Shown here piece after piece: positions 41,211 to 56,074 of a stretch of 64,000 nt of DNA. The stretch spans positions 58,466,001 through 58,530,000 of the forward strand of contig OX597818.1 of assembly GCA_951406725.2 (NCBI GenBank). Reading direction: 5' to 3'. Source of the DNA: Octopus vulgaris. Its lineage: Eukaryota. The notes under the pieces are model-generated. The model was not told the DNA's origin. It saw nothing but the letters and a program-made list of their open reading frames with translations, and ran no database searches. Numbering within the stretch: position 1 is the stretch's first letter; each line of letters starts with the position of its first letter. A program made the position numbers and the translations under genes.

Positions 41211-41236
41211 GTATGCATATATATATATGTATATGC

Positions 41237-41301
<65 letters not shown>

Positions 41302-41333
41302 CATATATATATATATGTGTGTGTGTATTTATA

Positions 41334-41370
<37 letters not shown>
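40886..41370. repeat. Compound (TATG)n/(TA)n microsatellite (one of dozens in the window)
   Basis: Direct reading; other large tracts at 6985-7172, 24220-24540, 26033-26200, 26680-26900, 36862-37022, 49340-49575, 50175-50445. Confidence 0.95.
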
Positions 41371-41371
<1 letters not shown>

Positions 41372-42218
41372 CGAGGGTGTGAAAAAGGAAATATCGAGAA
41401 AAAGAGCAAGATAACATAATTGGAAGGCCTGATGTGTTGATAGTGTGGCAGAGTTTAGAGAAGGAATACGTCGTTAGAGGATAAATAAGAAGAAAAATAC
41501 AGATATTGAATTAAGTTAGATCTAGGAGAGAAAGAACCAGAGAACGGAGAGAGAGAGAGGGAGAGAGAGAGGGAGAGAGAGAGGGAGAGTATGTACACAT
41601 GACGTTATTTATAAAATCAAATAGAAGTAAATACAGAGAAAACAAGAGAACCACTCTTAAAAAAGAGCAGATAATACAAGAAATACAACGTAGAAAAACA
41701 TCGGTATATAAAGAAGCGAACCGGCTTAAGTTCAGCAGGAAAAATATAAAAAGAAAAATGTATGAATAGCAGGAATGGGGGAAAAAAAAGAACTAATGAA
41801 GTATAGGAATAGTAAAAAAGATAATAAAAAAAAAAACAGAGATAAGATGCAAAAAATGGATAAATCAATGTACACTCATCTGCACTTGTATGGATTCACT
41901 GCCAGACGTACCATGCGAAATTAATGATGAAATACATGTGGTAAGCAGCATTTACTGTCAATACTGACAAAAGCAAACTAGTGTTCTTACGCAAATACGC
42001 TGTGACAGATTTAGACTGATTTTCAAGGAAGATTTTAACTAAAAATAGTTGTACAATTAACGGCAATTTAAAACATTTTTCCTTGCATTATTTATATCTT
42101 CTTATATGGTATCCTATAATGTTTTTTAGTGTGACTGATAAAAAGCGTAATGTTAGTAGACACGCATAAATACACGCATACAGCGATACGCATACAAAAT
42201 ATATTTAAAAAAAACGTA

Positions 42219-42666
42219 TAGGCGCAGGAGTGGCTGTGTGGATAGGTGCAGGAGTGGCTGTGTGGTAAGTAGCTTGCTAACCAACCACATCGTTCCGGGT
42301 TCAGTCCCACTGCATGGCATCTTGGGCAAGTGTCTTCTGCTATAGCCTCGGGCCGACCAAATACCTTGTGAGTGGATTTGGTAGACGGAAACTGAAAGAA
42401 GCCTGTCGTATATATGTATATATATATATGTGTGTGTGTGGGGGGGGGTTGTGTGTCTGTGTTTGTCCCCCTAGCATTGCTTGACAACCGATGCTGGTGT
42501 GTTTACGTCCTCTTCACTTAACGGTTCGGCAAAAAGAGACCGATAGAATAAGTTCTGGGCTTACAAAGAATAAGTCCCGGGGTCGATTTGATCGACTAAA
42601 GGCGGTGCTCCAGCATGGCCGAAGTCAAATGACTGAAACAAGTAAAAGAGTAAAAGAGTAAAGAGT
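42219..42666 (+). mobile_element. SINE family B with duplicated 5' end
   Basis: aggcgcaggagtggctgtgtgg repeated twice (one mismatch); tail (TAAAAGAG)n. Confidence 0.85.
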
Positions 42667-42829
42667 ATATTAATATTTTATTACAAACTGGAAAAACAAA
42701 TAAAGCTCTGAAGGAGTGTAATATTAACACTTACGTTATCTGGCAATGCCAGTGTAAAAAAACAACATGCACACACACACACGCCTCGAAATGTATGTAT
42801 GTATATATATATACATATTTATATATATG

Positions 42830-43340
<511 letters not shown>

Positions 43341-43720
43341 AGAAAAAACAAAGATGTCTTTGTGTGCGTATGTATTTATACATACATATATGGAAACATA
43401 TATACGTATATGTAAGTTTTTTTATACGCACACACATATATCATAGGAGACTTGAATAACGTTTAAAACTTACGACATTGCTTCGGTAGAACTTTAGTTA
43501 ATACAGTCATAAAAAATGACGTAATGATAATAATTTTGTCTGTGTTCAGGTCGATTATATAAAAGTTTACCTAATTATGGTGGATTTTATATAATGTTCC
43601 ACTCTTTTATGACAGCAAAAATTAAATTCAACTGTCGTAAATTTTAAAGGCGATTCTTTCTTATAGATTTACTAGCAGAGATAACCGGCATTGCTCGGGA
43701 TTAAAATAGAATCGTTTGTA

Positions 43721-43957
43721 TATATGAGGTCATCCCATAACGATCTGTCCGTTTTTCACTTTTTTTAAATTTTAGAATGTCTAATGGAATTACACATTAT
43801 TCTTATGCGTTTGTGTGTATTTAAACTGATTAAATATTATTTTGCAGAATAATAGAATTAAAATGTCTTCGATTAAAACCTTTTCTATCATGGAAGTATC
43901 GAAAGAGCATTTGAGGCTCATAATGTTTTATGAGTACAAAAATGGATGCTCTGCAGC
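43721..43957 (+). pseudogene. Mariner 5' end truncated by SINE B
   Basis: ATG at ~43890: MEVSKEHLRLIMFYEYKNGCSAA (mariner N-terminal HTH-like). Confidence 0.65.
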
Positions 43958-44034
43958 CGAACCGCTAAGTGACGGGGACGTAAACACACCAGCATCGGTT
44001 GTCAAGCAATTCTAGGGGGACAAACACAGACACA

Positions 44035-44100
<66 letters not shown>

Positions 44101-44200
44101 CATATATACGACAGGCTTCTTTCAGTTTCCGTCTACCAAATCCACTCACAAGGCATTGGTCGGTTAGCAAGCTACTTACCACACAGCCACTCCTGCGCCT
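43957..44200 (-). mobile_element. SINE family B, partial
   Basis: gccgaaccgctaag...cacagccactcctgcgcct. Confidence 0.8.
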
Positions 44201-45775
44201 ATGGTTATCATTGTTTTTTTTTTTCGAAGGTGGATTTGCACACTTATTCATTACAGAATTCGGTTGCTGCCGTTTTCCAAAATGTTTCATGCGATATTTA
44301 TGCGGAAGATTGAGTTGTGATCCAAAGAATTGACGAATGACACTTGGCAGGTATCTGTAACAAGTAATACCTGTTTAAGGTGAATTCTTTTTGGAAAAGT
44401 CTGCAGATGGGCATTTTCTGGATTGCAAGATTAAATACTTCCTTGTTGACTCTAACAAGACATAAAGGGGGATGGCCGAAACTGTTGTGATTCTTATATG
44501 CCTGTCTGAGATATAAAATGATCCCCAGCAGAATATGATGCATTTAATCATTATTGTACCGATTCCTGCAGTTCCTGAACTGATCAGATACGCTTATTAT
44601 TTCTGCAACACCAGTTCCAATACACTACGGAATGGTCTAGCTCAAGTTGATAGTATTTACAAAACAGTGAAATAAAAAATATTTGCAATTTTGCAGATGT
44701 AGGTTAAGCTAGAAAATATACGGCTACAGCTTTTGATCATCGCCAATTACATTGGATAAAAGATCAATTTCATCGCACACAATGCGTATTCAATGAAAAC
44801 GGAGAAACCTAATCTTGATTGGTAAAGAAGGATAACAATTCAGTAAACGTGTTTTCACAAACATGTATCAATAAGTCTTATTGATTAACGTAATCTTTTG
44901 ATATTGAATATTCTTGTTTACTACATACATTCAAATTCATCTGATGTTGTTAAGCAAACGTATCACAGTTACGAACATAATACCACAGTAATTACATAAC
45001 GTAAATAGAATCTAAAGCCACACTTAATTTTGTGGGTTCAATGTCGTGAAAACCCCATTTTCCTATATCTCAAAATATCTGACTGATGGGAAAATACACA
45101 ACATGGTTTTCTGAAACGAAGCAACTGTATTCTTCGATTCGTAATAGCGTGTGTGTAGATTATTTAAAGGAAATGTAAATAGATGTTCGTCTAAGGTGAA
45201 AGATATGATAATAATAAAAATTAGATATGAGAGGAGAAGAAAATCAGAACAAAGTAAATCTTTGGCCAGGACCATGTAATCTATTGTGGCCTATTGTTAA
45301 TCTTTGATAACAAGTATACGAGATATAGAATGAATGGATCTCTAGAAATCCAATTTTAGTGTTGAATGGCGTGAATCCTTTTGGCTTAGGGTTGCACAAA
45401 AGAGTCGATTCATCGATGTATAAAATGTTAGATAAGAAAGAAGGGCAGCATTAGAAATTGTTTGAGCACAAGGTAAAAAAATCAAATGACTGAAAAAAAA
45501 AAGGAATAAAAAATAATCTAATAATCTTCCGGATTATGGCAGGACGAACACATTGACGACAGTGACCGAAATGCATAAATAATGAATAAAAAGAACTGTT
45601 GAAAGGATCTGCCACACAAACATAAATGTATACACACACATATATACACCATGCATATAGCCATGCACACGTACATACACTTACACACATAAGCGCACAC
45701 GCATGTATGTATGTATGTATGTATGTATGTATGTATGTATGTATGTATATATGTATGTATATATGTATCTTTCTT

Positions 45776-45832
<57 letters not shown>

Positions 45833-46403
45833 ATTTCAAAAGGATGTGTTATAATACTATTCCACATACACAAAAACAGCCATGCCAACAATCCAACATA
45901 TCTCCATCATCAGCTGCCCACGGATATCATTATGGTTTTGATACCTGGGCAGTACCATTCAGTCCAGCGGTGTCTACAGCACTAATACATATATATACAT
46001 ATGTGTGTGTGTTATTTTGTTCTTCCGCTTGTTTCACTTGTATATTCTTCCAGTGTCTCGACATGTTGCAAACGTCAGTTATTCCACTGGAAGTAGGATC
46101 GCGGTGCCTTAAAACATTCATTTCATGTTATAATGGGGGAAATATTTCCTAATTTCCTAAGTTATCATTTAAAACGTGACGGTGGATGTAGGCTCATGAA
46201 ATTATTCATATTCTGAATTAAATTTCAGATATCATGAAAAGAAAGTTGCCGCTAATTTCTCGCGATAGTAGCTGTTTCTGTAAGAGTTGTTCTAGTGATC
46301 AATACGATCGATAAATGTATTGTCAAAGTCAGCCACAGGGTTCATTTTTCACATTGACACACACATTTCACATTGACACACACACACGCACATACACACA
46401 CAC

Positions 46404-46453
<50 letters not shown>

Positions 46454-46455
<2 letters not shown>

Positions 46456-46562
46456 CAAATAGAAAAATGGAGGAGAACAAAGGATGGTTCCTCAACTTTT
46501 AGTCATTGTCTAAAAGTTGATGAACCATCCTTTGGTCTCCTCCATTTTCTTACTTGCAATAT
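46454..46562. repeat. ~48-bp-arm hairpin beside (TA)n
   Basis: aaaatggaggagaacaaaggatggttcctcaacttttag / ctaaaagttgatgaaccatcctttggtctcctccatttt. Confidence 0.85.
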
Positions 46563-46579
46563 AAATTAATGGTAAAATA

Positions 46580-46980
46580 TCTCTTTTACTCTTTTACTTG
46601 TTTCAGTCATTTGACTGCGGCCATGCTGCAGCACCGCCTTTAGTCGAGCAAATCGACCCCGGGACTTATTCTTTGTAAGCCCAGTACTTATTCTATCGGT
46701 CTCTTTTGCCGAACCGCTAAGTGACGGGGACGTAAACACACCAGCATCGGTTGTCAAGCAATGCTAGGGGGACAAACACAGGCACACAAACATATACACA
46801 CGCATACATAAATACGACAGGCTTCTTTCAGTTTCCGTCTACCAAATCCACTCACAAGGCATTGGTCGGCCCGGGGCTATAGCAGAAGACACTTGCCCAA
46901 GATGCCACGCAGTGGGACTGAACCCGGAACCATGTGGTTGGTAATCAAGCTACTTACCACACAGCCACTCCTGCGCCTAT
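46580..46980 (-). mobile_element. Full-length SINE family B
   Basis: Reverse complement of the family B consensus. Confidence 0.85.
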
Positions 46981-47280
46981 CTCTTTAACCTCCCCCATTT
47001 ATTACACTAGGTAATGTAATTGCAATCCAATAAAAAACACTTGTGTATTATTAATTGGGTATTCTACCAGCAGTATATTGGATAGATATTATCCCCTAGT
47101 GGGTTGGATTCACAACCCCTAACTATACATACATATGCACACACAGAGGCATTTTGTGTGTTTCTAATGTACGTGCATGACGTTAAATGCGAGGATTCTT
47201 TTTGTACACCTATGTAAGTGTTTGAATTTGTGAATACGTGTGAGTATGAGTCTATATGTATTTTTTCACCGTGTATTTTA

Positions 47281-47655
47281 TTTTCTGAGGGATCACTCCG
47301 TTGGTTGCGACGATGAGGGTCCCAGCTGATACGATCACCGGAACAGCTTGCTCGTGATATTAACGTGCAAGTGGCTGAGCAATCCACAGACACGTGTACC
47401 CTTAACCTAGTTCTCGGGGAGATTCAGCGTGACACACATAATGTGACAAGGCTGGCCCCTTTGAAATATATGTACAGGAGAAACAGGAAGAAAGAGCGAG
47501 AGAAAGTTGTGGAGAAAGAGTACAGCAGGGTTCACCACCACCCCCTGCCAGAGCCTCGTGGTGCTTTAGGTATTTTCGCTCAATAAACACTCACAATGCC
47601 CGGTATGGGAATCGAAACCGCGATCCTCCGACCGCGAGTCCGCTGCCCTAACCAC
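47281..47655 (-). mobile_element. SINE family A
   Basis: Family A body; direct repeat ccgtgtatttta at 47269-47280 and 47656-47667. Confidence 0.85.
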
Positions 47656-48199
47656 CCGTGTATTTTATATGAGTGTATTTCATATGAGTGTGACCATGCA
47701 GGTTTTGGGAGAAACCGAATCTTAGAAAAACGGAAGTTAAAATGCTGATATAAATTATAGTAAAAATGAATTCATGATGTTTGTAGAAAGTCCGTACAAA
47801 ATACAAAAAATTTGAATGCGATGTATACTAGAAGGCCATTAGTAAATAGAATCCTGGAGACGACATCTAATGCAGGAGCATACAATTTATGGAGGATTAT
47901 TTAATTGTACTCCTCCACGCCGAGAAACCAGCCTCCTGGTATTTTCCAAGGTCTTCAAAAATGACCACATACTTTTCACTCTCTAACAACCAGATCGCCC
48001 TAAGCGTAATCTCCGTAAATTTGTTAAAGATCCATGAATTAAATGGATGTAGGAACAAAATTTTTTTGTCGTATTTGATAACATAAAAGTTACGCCGACA
48101 TATTAACCGCATTTCAATTCATCAGCGCATATTCAGAAGAGGAAGACTGTAGGGCATCGAATTTTATGGAACCCCAACTTCGCATATGTGTGAGGAAGG

Positions 48200-48370
48200 T
48201 ATTTACGAAGAACAGTGCAAAATAATGTATCTGTAATTCATCTCTTAATAGCTGACGAAAGTACAAATCTAGGAGCAATTTTCAGTGACTCTGAAAGGTT
48301 AGTGGAGATAATTTCAAGAAATAAGATTAAATTTGTCAAGTTGATTCACTTGAACGATATTTCGCTTGGG
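48200..48370 (+). pseudogene. Decayed hAT-like transposase fragment
   Basis: LLIADESTNL then EQFSVTL in a shifted frame (cf. hAT DEstD...EQlsi). Confidence 0.45.
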
Positions 48371-49109
48371 AATTAAACTTACTTGAAAAATTAATTACTA
48401 ATTTCTCTTGATTATTTCCACATTTCCTGTAAAGTAGCGAACAGTTGCTGCCATACGATTACGTTCATTTATCAAACATGGCGAAATTTTAATCAAACGA
48501 GAAATGTTTGCAATACATTTACGACGACCGCGTTAATTATACGAAGCTCATTGTATTTTAAAACATTTGAAGAAGTATGAAAGCGATCGATTTGAAAGTT
48601 AGGTCACGTGTACAATACACTGATATCACTAGAAAAACATGATAGTAATTAGTCGTTTGACGTCTGATGTTGACCTCAACTAAACGTGAATAAGAGCGAG
48701 AATGAAAAGTGTCTTGAATCACTTTGTAAGCATTATTTTCGTGACTGACTAATGATAAAGTGCAGATATTTTTAGAATATCTCAGGTCACATGTAAGGGC
48801 AGATATTCCTAATATTTCATTTCATGAACAGCATTATCCCATCGCTATAATTTTATTTTTCTATTTCTTTTTTCTTTTGTTTTTGCTAGATCGAAATTGC
48901 ATTCAGATTTCCGCATCCGTTGGTGGTTATATTTAGATGCGAATGAAATTTCAATATACATCGAGTTACCTTTGCCGATATACCCTGTTTGGTATATGAT
49001 TATTCAATTTGCAGAGGAAAGTGAGTTAGGGATCTGAGGCGTTTATCTGAAGCCAATATATTTGAATATATGCATGTATATAAGTATATATATATATATA
49101 GAGAGAGAG

Positions 49110-49159
<50 letters not shown>

Positions 49160-49339
49160 GTATATATATATATATGAAACTATTAACGACCGTATTTCTT
49201 TTGAAACCGAGTAATTATTTTATCCATCTCATAGTCCCGAGCAGCTACAGGTAGGGCACGTAAACAAACCGACATCGGTTGTCAAGCATAGGCACACACG
49301 CACATCTCTATTTATATTAATGTATATACACACGTGTTT

Positions 49340-49381
<42 letters not shown>

Positions 49382-49427
49382 CAGATAGATGGATAGACAG
49401 ATAGATGGATAGACAGATAGATAGATG

Positions 49428-49533
<106 letters not shown>

Positions 49534-50185
49534 CAGATAGTTAGATGAATAGATTGATAGATAGATAGATAGATAAACAGATATACACACATACATATAT
49601 ATACATACACGCACAAATATATATATATATATATATTCATAAATATACACACGCTTGTATACGCATACATACAGACAGAGGCACATACACACACACAGAT
49701 GAAAAGAATTGATATCATTGAGATTACGATAATTTCTTTTGGCTTTTCCAGTTATTTGTACACTGGAATGTCCCTACGGCGATGCCATTTCCTCGCTCAG
49801 AGTAAAATGAATAAGAAAAAGAGACATCTTCACAATCTGTAACAAAAGTTGGATAGAAAACCGCTTGTCAGATGTTCAGGAGCATAGAAACTGCAGCTCT
49901 CAAGTTTTAGCATCAGAAGAGTAACAGGTTTTATTAGACAACAGATAAGCAAAAATGGATATCACATAACAGAAAGATGAAGAAAAAAAAATATTGATGA
50001 ATGTAAAGAATGGTCGGATAGTCATGGCATTATTACCATCATGATTGTCATTTTTTTTTGGTTTTGTTCTTGTTGTCGTTGTTGTTATATTTGGTCAAGG
50101 AAATACGTATTAATGCCCATGAGGGAGAGAATATACGTTAAAAGTATGTAATATGATGGACTTTAATATATGTCTCTATGTGAAT

Positions 50186-50218
<33 letters not shown>

Positions 50219-50559
50219 CACCATCACCACTACTACTCCTACTACCACCACCACCACCACATCACTACTACTACTACTACTACTACTACCATCAACACCA
50301 CCACTACTTCTAATACTACTACTAGTATTACTATGCTACTACTAATACTACCACCACCACTAATACTACTCCTACTACCACCACCACCACTACCACTACC
50401 GAAACCACCACCACCACCACCACCACTACTACTACTACTACTCCCAGCATTTACTCATTTTTATCTTTAATTTTATATCATTCCTTTTATTCTTCACCGC
50501 ATTATGAAACGCACCAAAGCGGGCCTTCACTATCTATATTCGACATTGCACATGTTTCT

Positions 50560-50632
50560 CTTGTATAGCGTTTTCAGTTCTCTTTTTGGCAGGAAAGATC
50601 CAGAGAAGGGAAGACAGTACACACGCGGTCAC

Positions 50633-50668
<36 letters not shown>

Positions 50669-50872
50669 CTTTATTGCCCACAAGGGGCTAAACATAGAGG
50701 GGACAAACGGATTAAGTCGATTACATCGACACCAGTGCGAAACTGGTACTTTATTTATCGACCCCGAAAGGATGAAAGGCAAAGTCGACCTCGGCGGAAT
50801 TTGAACTCAGAAATAACGACAGACAAAATACCGCTAAGCATTTCGCCCTGCGCGCTAACGAGTCTGCCAACG

Positions 50873-50918
<46 letters not shown>

Positions 50919-51118
50919 ATATGTTAACCGCGTGTGCATCGTTGGCAATTTCTTCCCTCCGTCTTCACTACCTTGGCTCTTTCCTTTTCCTATGTTTCTG
51001 ACGAAGAGCTCCGCTGGAAACGTTAAATCCCCTTTCTTTTCTTTCCTGACCGTGTAATGACACTACACTTGTTCCACGTCCACGCGTTGTTGTTTTCTCT
51101 TTGTGTTTTCATGTTTGG

Positions 51119-51120
<2 letters not shown>
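50560..51120. mobile_element. Family F head-to-head pair separated by (TA)n and a SINE C (50665-50877)
   Basis: Plus copy 50920-51120 with CTGACGA(50998)-a-gagctccgctg-GAAACGTT; inverted 5' part aggaaagatcc...acacgcggtcaca at ~50590-50633. Confidence 0.7.
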
Positions 51121-51167
<47 letters not shown>

Positions 51168-51196
51168 TAGATAGATAGATAGATAGATAGATATAG

Positions 51197-51233
<37 letters not shown>

Positions 51234-53380
51234 TACCGTGTACTGCAGGTAAACTGAGACAAGTTTGAAATGGGTATATTTCTAATTGTATAGATGTTGT
51301 TTGAGTCTAAATTTGAATATATCCTGATTCAGCAATCGCTTGTCCTATTTTTTTTTTTATTCCTGATTGAACAAATTATAAAAATTAATAAAGAAATACA
51401 GAGTATAATTGTAATTACCGAATTATTATACGCCGGTAAAAGTGTTGGGGAGATTGTTAGAGACACAAAGTATGCCAAATCTACGTTTTTAAAGAGGTGT
51501 AGCCAATTTGAAGAAACGTTCGGAGGTTCAGAGAAAGTCTAAAATCTTCGCAGTGACCGCAAACGAACACTGCTTCTTAGCAGGATTTAAAAGATCGACT
51601 GAGTCGAACCCTTCAAAATCGATAAGGGATGTTGGTGGCAAGATTGAGGAATCAGTAAAATGACCCTTTCTAGGGATGTGAAAGAAGACCTCCATATGAA
51701 ATCGTACGTAAAGTGACACCGTAACATACTAACTATTGGCTCCAACGCCATTTCAGATGAAAGAAATTTCCAACTCATTAGTCATTATGAAACATCGTGA
51801 TGGAGATACCCGTATCTTTGTGGATGAAAAGTAGTTCGTGGGAGAACGAAGTTGTAACCCGTCAAAACTCACGAATTATAGTGTACAGCCCTTCCCAAGT
51901 TCCTTTAACAATACATAGCTAGAATCCGGCTTCTTTGGAGATGTTGCAAGTTATGGTAAATTGATGCCTCCGCATCATAGAAGTTTTCTTGTCTAGGATT
52001 ATGAATCATAAGGATGCAAGTCGAGTGATGTTTATACAGGACTCCACGCCTCCCCGTCATTTTTTCCCCGCGAGAGTTCCGGTCCCCAGTTATGAACTCA
52101 TTTGTATAAAGCCAATCGGAGCTAAACTAACAAACTAATTTATGAGTGCATGACATGTGATGGGCGATGAGATAATGTCCTTTAGGCAAGGAATGACCAT
52201 GCTTCTGTTCTCTGTTAATAATGCTTGATGTTCTTGTTTCAACCATGGCTGCTTCTGCGTAGTTATTTGTGTTGTTGTTTACTTTGTAAAACAGTAAGGG
52301 GAGAAGGTTACTAGAATATAACACTCTAGCCACATTTCCACATCTACATCTTTACCGTATAGGACCCTTACAAAATCCGATAATAGGTATAGATGCAAAT
52401 CTATCTAATTACTTGTCTCCTAAAATCAGTCATAACATAACGATCGGTCGATTTACAACACCGTCGTCCGTCTTGTGTTTGTTTGGTAGAGTGTTTGTTA
52501 ACATAACAACAAGGTCAAGGTGAGCTCTGATTGGCTGTATGCAAATGTTCCTAACTGGGGTCGGGAATTCTCGTGAAAAAAAAAAACTTTCGCCTCCCAA
52601 CCGTCGAAAAGAGAGCAAAAATATTTGAAGAAAGAATTGCCCATGTTGGTCCCTAAACATATCTGGCTATTTAGCTGGCAAGATTTCAATTTTTGCGACT
52701 TTTGTCTGCGGGGCGCAGCTGAAGTAATAACCAACACAACTTCTCAAGTATATGTTTCACTGACGGCATCGATAAGGCAAACATTTAGTAAAATGGAGAA
52801 AAAGAGAAGAAATAGTTAAGGCATGGCATCATTTCGTAAACGGATTGAACAGGCGGCCACGTTGAACTGAAGTAAGTGCTAAACACTCAACAATAAATTG
52901 GCATGAACATAAAACTAGCAGTATTTGATTTTTTTTAGTTATACTGGAAGAAGCACTCCGTCGGTTACGACGACGAGGGATCCGGTTGATCCGATCAACG
53001 GAACAGCCTGCTCGTGAAATTAACGTGTAAGTGGCTGAGCACTCCACAGACACGTGTACCCTTAACGTAGTTCTCGGGGATATTCAGCTTGACACAGAGA
53101 GTGACAAGGCCGGCCCTTTGAAATACAGGTACAACAGAAACAGGAAGTAAGAGCGAGAGAAAGTTGTGGTGAAAGAGTACAGCATGGATCACCACCCCTG
53201 CCGGAGCCTCGTGGAGCTTTTAGGTGTCTTCGCTCAATAAACACTCACAACGCCCGGTCTGGGAATCGAAACCACGATCCTACGACCGCGAGTCCACTGC
53301 CCTAACCACTGGACCATTGCGCTTCCACTAATCATAATAAGAATGGTTAAACGGTAATGTTTACCTGTTACACGCTGTAT
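51234..53380 (+). mobile_element. Decayed Tc1/mariner-superfamily element with nested insertions
   Basis: ITELLYAGKSVGEIVRDTKYAKST (HTH-like) and IWLFSWQDFNFCDF (cf. WPPxSPDLNPxD); weak caggtaaac/gtttacctg terminal similarity. Confidence 0.5.
52949..53328 (-). mobile_element. Full-length SINE family A
   Basis: Near-identical to 21249-21638. Confidence 0.9.
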
Positions 53381-53439
53381 GCTACTCATATCACTAGTCA
53401 TGGCTGCTTAGTACCTTAACTTATATAAATATACGTGTA

Positions 53440-53672
53440 TAAGGCGGCGAGCTGGTAGAAACGTTAGCGCGCCGGGCGAAATGCTTAGCGTTATTTCGTC
53501 TGTCGTTACGTTCTGAGTTCAAATTCCGCCGTGGTTGACTTTGCCTTTAATCCTTTCGAGGTAGATAAATTAAGTACCAGTTTCGCACTGGGTCAATGTA
53601 ATCGACTTAATCCGTTTGTCTGTACTTGTTTGTCCCTTCTGTGTTTAGCACCTTGTGGGTAGTAAAGAAATA
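53440..53672 (+). mobile_element. Monomeric full-length SINE family C
   Basis: aaggcggcgagctggtagaaacgttagc...GTTCAAATTCC...gtgggtagtaaagaaat. Confidence 0.85.
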
Positions 53673-54537
53673 TATATAAATATATGTGTATATATACACA
53701 CAAACACACACACACACACACATAAAAACAGATACACACACAGACACACACACACTATTCATTCAGGTATCGAACAGGAAGAATCGTTCGAGTAATGCAG
53801 AGATTTAAATGCAGAATTTGTTCTATATTCCTGACAGGAGTTTGCCGAGATAAATTTCGCCTTAATTTTAAAGAAAGTTAAAGAAATTAAGAGACTAGTT
53901 ATGGAATAGATTATGCTGCCTTAGGTTTGTTGTTACATTCGATCACGTAATGAATCACCTTAAGACTGCATGTGCCTGAGGAATACGCAGTCGCTAAAAT
54001 GGTAATTTTACGAATTGTAATTCACTTAATGGTTTCTTAATTAATTTCCAAATTTTTCATGTTGCTTTCGGGCATTTTCTAATTTGAATCTCAGAATTTT
54101 CGCAAGTAAATCCCCATATTACAAGCAATGATGTTTGCACTGTTTATCATCTCTAGAATACAACTTAAGGACATGTATATATACAAGATTAATTTCTCTC
54201 AAAATCTCTTCGTCTCCTAGAAATGGTGCTACGTACATATCTGTATTATTTCACAGTATTTATTGTTGAAATATTTCTTTTATTCGAATTCAAACGATTC
54301 TTTTGCTTCAGGAGTTTTAAAGGATTTGGTTAATATATGTATATATGAGTGTATGTGTTTGTGCGTGTGTATGTGTGTGTGTTTGTATGTGTATCTGTGT
54401 GCGTGTATGTATGGCTGTCTGCGAGCATCTATATAACTGTGTATAGACACAAAAAGGTCGACGTAACCTTTCATCCATTCAGGTTCGATAAATTAAATAC
54501 CAGCTGCTTACTAGCATTTATCATTTCGGAGTCCAGT

Positions 54538-54577
<40 letters not shown>

Positions 54578-54889
54578 GTTAGTAGTAGCGTGGTTGTAAA
54601 CGATTACGCCTCCACCTTAAAAACCGGTTACTCTGTGTCTAAAGTTGAATCCAGTATCATAAAGGTGAGGCGCAGGCAGAAGGGTTACTCGCGCCCGACA
54701 ATGTCTAACGGCATTTTACCCGTTTTCTATGGCCTGAGATCAAATTTGCCCAAGTTCACCTTGACATTCATCCATTCGGAGTCTATAAAGTAATTACTAG
54801 TTGAATACTGAGATTGATGTAATCGACTTACCTCGAAAATTACTACCGTTGACCCCAAAATTTGAAACAATTATTATTATTATTATTAT

Positions 54890-55445
54890 GATTGAGTGTG
54901 AGAGCAGTGCATGCCACCAAAGTGACACTGGGGTAAAATATACGAACCCCAGTATACCCATCATGGCTACCCTTTTGATACGGGTACTCTAGGCACATGC
55001 ATCACAACCATTATGTGCACGACACGGTGATTTCATATCAAGATAGACAGCACATGGGCTTACAAGTGGGGCCCAGTTAGAATTTTCTTCTGGTCGAATA
55101 GCCCATCCCGCTCAAAAGGTCCCTGGATAAGGATTGTTTAAGGATGTTGAACGAAACACCCATATTTCCAGAGGTGAATTATCCAAACTTCAAAGAATCC
55201 CTTGCAGCACACGGCTATGATGTTCCCCCACTACTTCTGCTCATGGTCAGAGATGCACATATCGTCAGCCACTAAGGGACATGCTTGACTGGTTAAGGTC
55301 AAACAACTGAGAAGCAAATCTGTGGTATTGAGCAGAATATTTGCTGTAGCCCATATTTTATACCAAGACAAAACTATGTACATGATAACACTTCCAATCA
55401 GTTAAGATCAGAACCCACGAGAGCCTGTTACTGCATCAGGGCATT
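54890..55445 (-). mobile_element. Family G repeat in (TAA)n, longer copy
   Basis: Reverse complement of 25570-26035 plus ~90 bp of extra 5' sequence; (TTA)n on both sides. Confidence 0.8.
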
Positions 55446-55704
55446 TATTATTATCATTATTATTAGTACTATTATTAATTTTATTATTATTATGTTATTA
55501 TTATGTTAATATGCTGGAAATAGACGTCCTCGGATATTTTTTAAAATATGCTGGCCACTGGTATAAATTAAAATTATTTAATAATACAAATTGCTAGCCT
55601 CATTATTTGATTACACACATACACACACACTCACACACAAATATATATATAAATGTATATATATACATATATGTGTGTCTGTATATTTATATACACACAC
55701 ATAC

Positions 55705-55755
<51 letters not shown>

Positions 55756-56074
55756 GTTAAATAATTTAAAGCATATATCACAACCTATTACGATTGTTAA
55801 AGCTACCTCTTGAAATTAAAGAGAATTTTTCCCAGGTACATGGCATAATATCCTCAAAAGTCATCATTAAAATTTATGTTGTATTTTACATTTAGATATT
55901 GTGGCATGATTTTGTTTGACACTATCAAAAGAAACATTATGTGGACTGAAGAATCATATACAAAATCCTGTTAAGCTAAATATGTATCAGACTGGGGTTT
56001 CGTATTGATATCGGGTGGGGGTTATAAGGAAAACATGATTCGACATTATTTGACAAGTAATATATATGCATTAT

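Noticed and set aside
44330-44650. Possible host exon in a unique, GC-richer stretch
   Set aside because: Short frames with stops and no recognisable domain; cannot be supported without transcript data.
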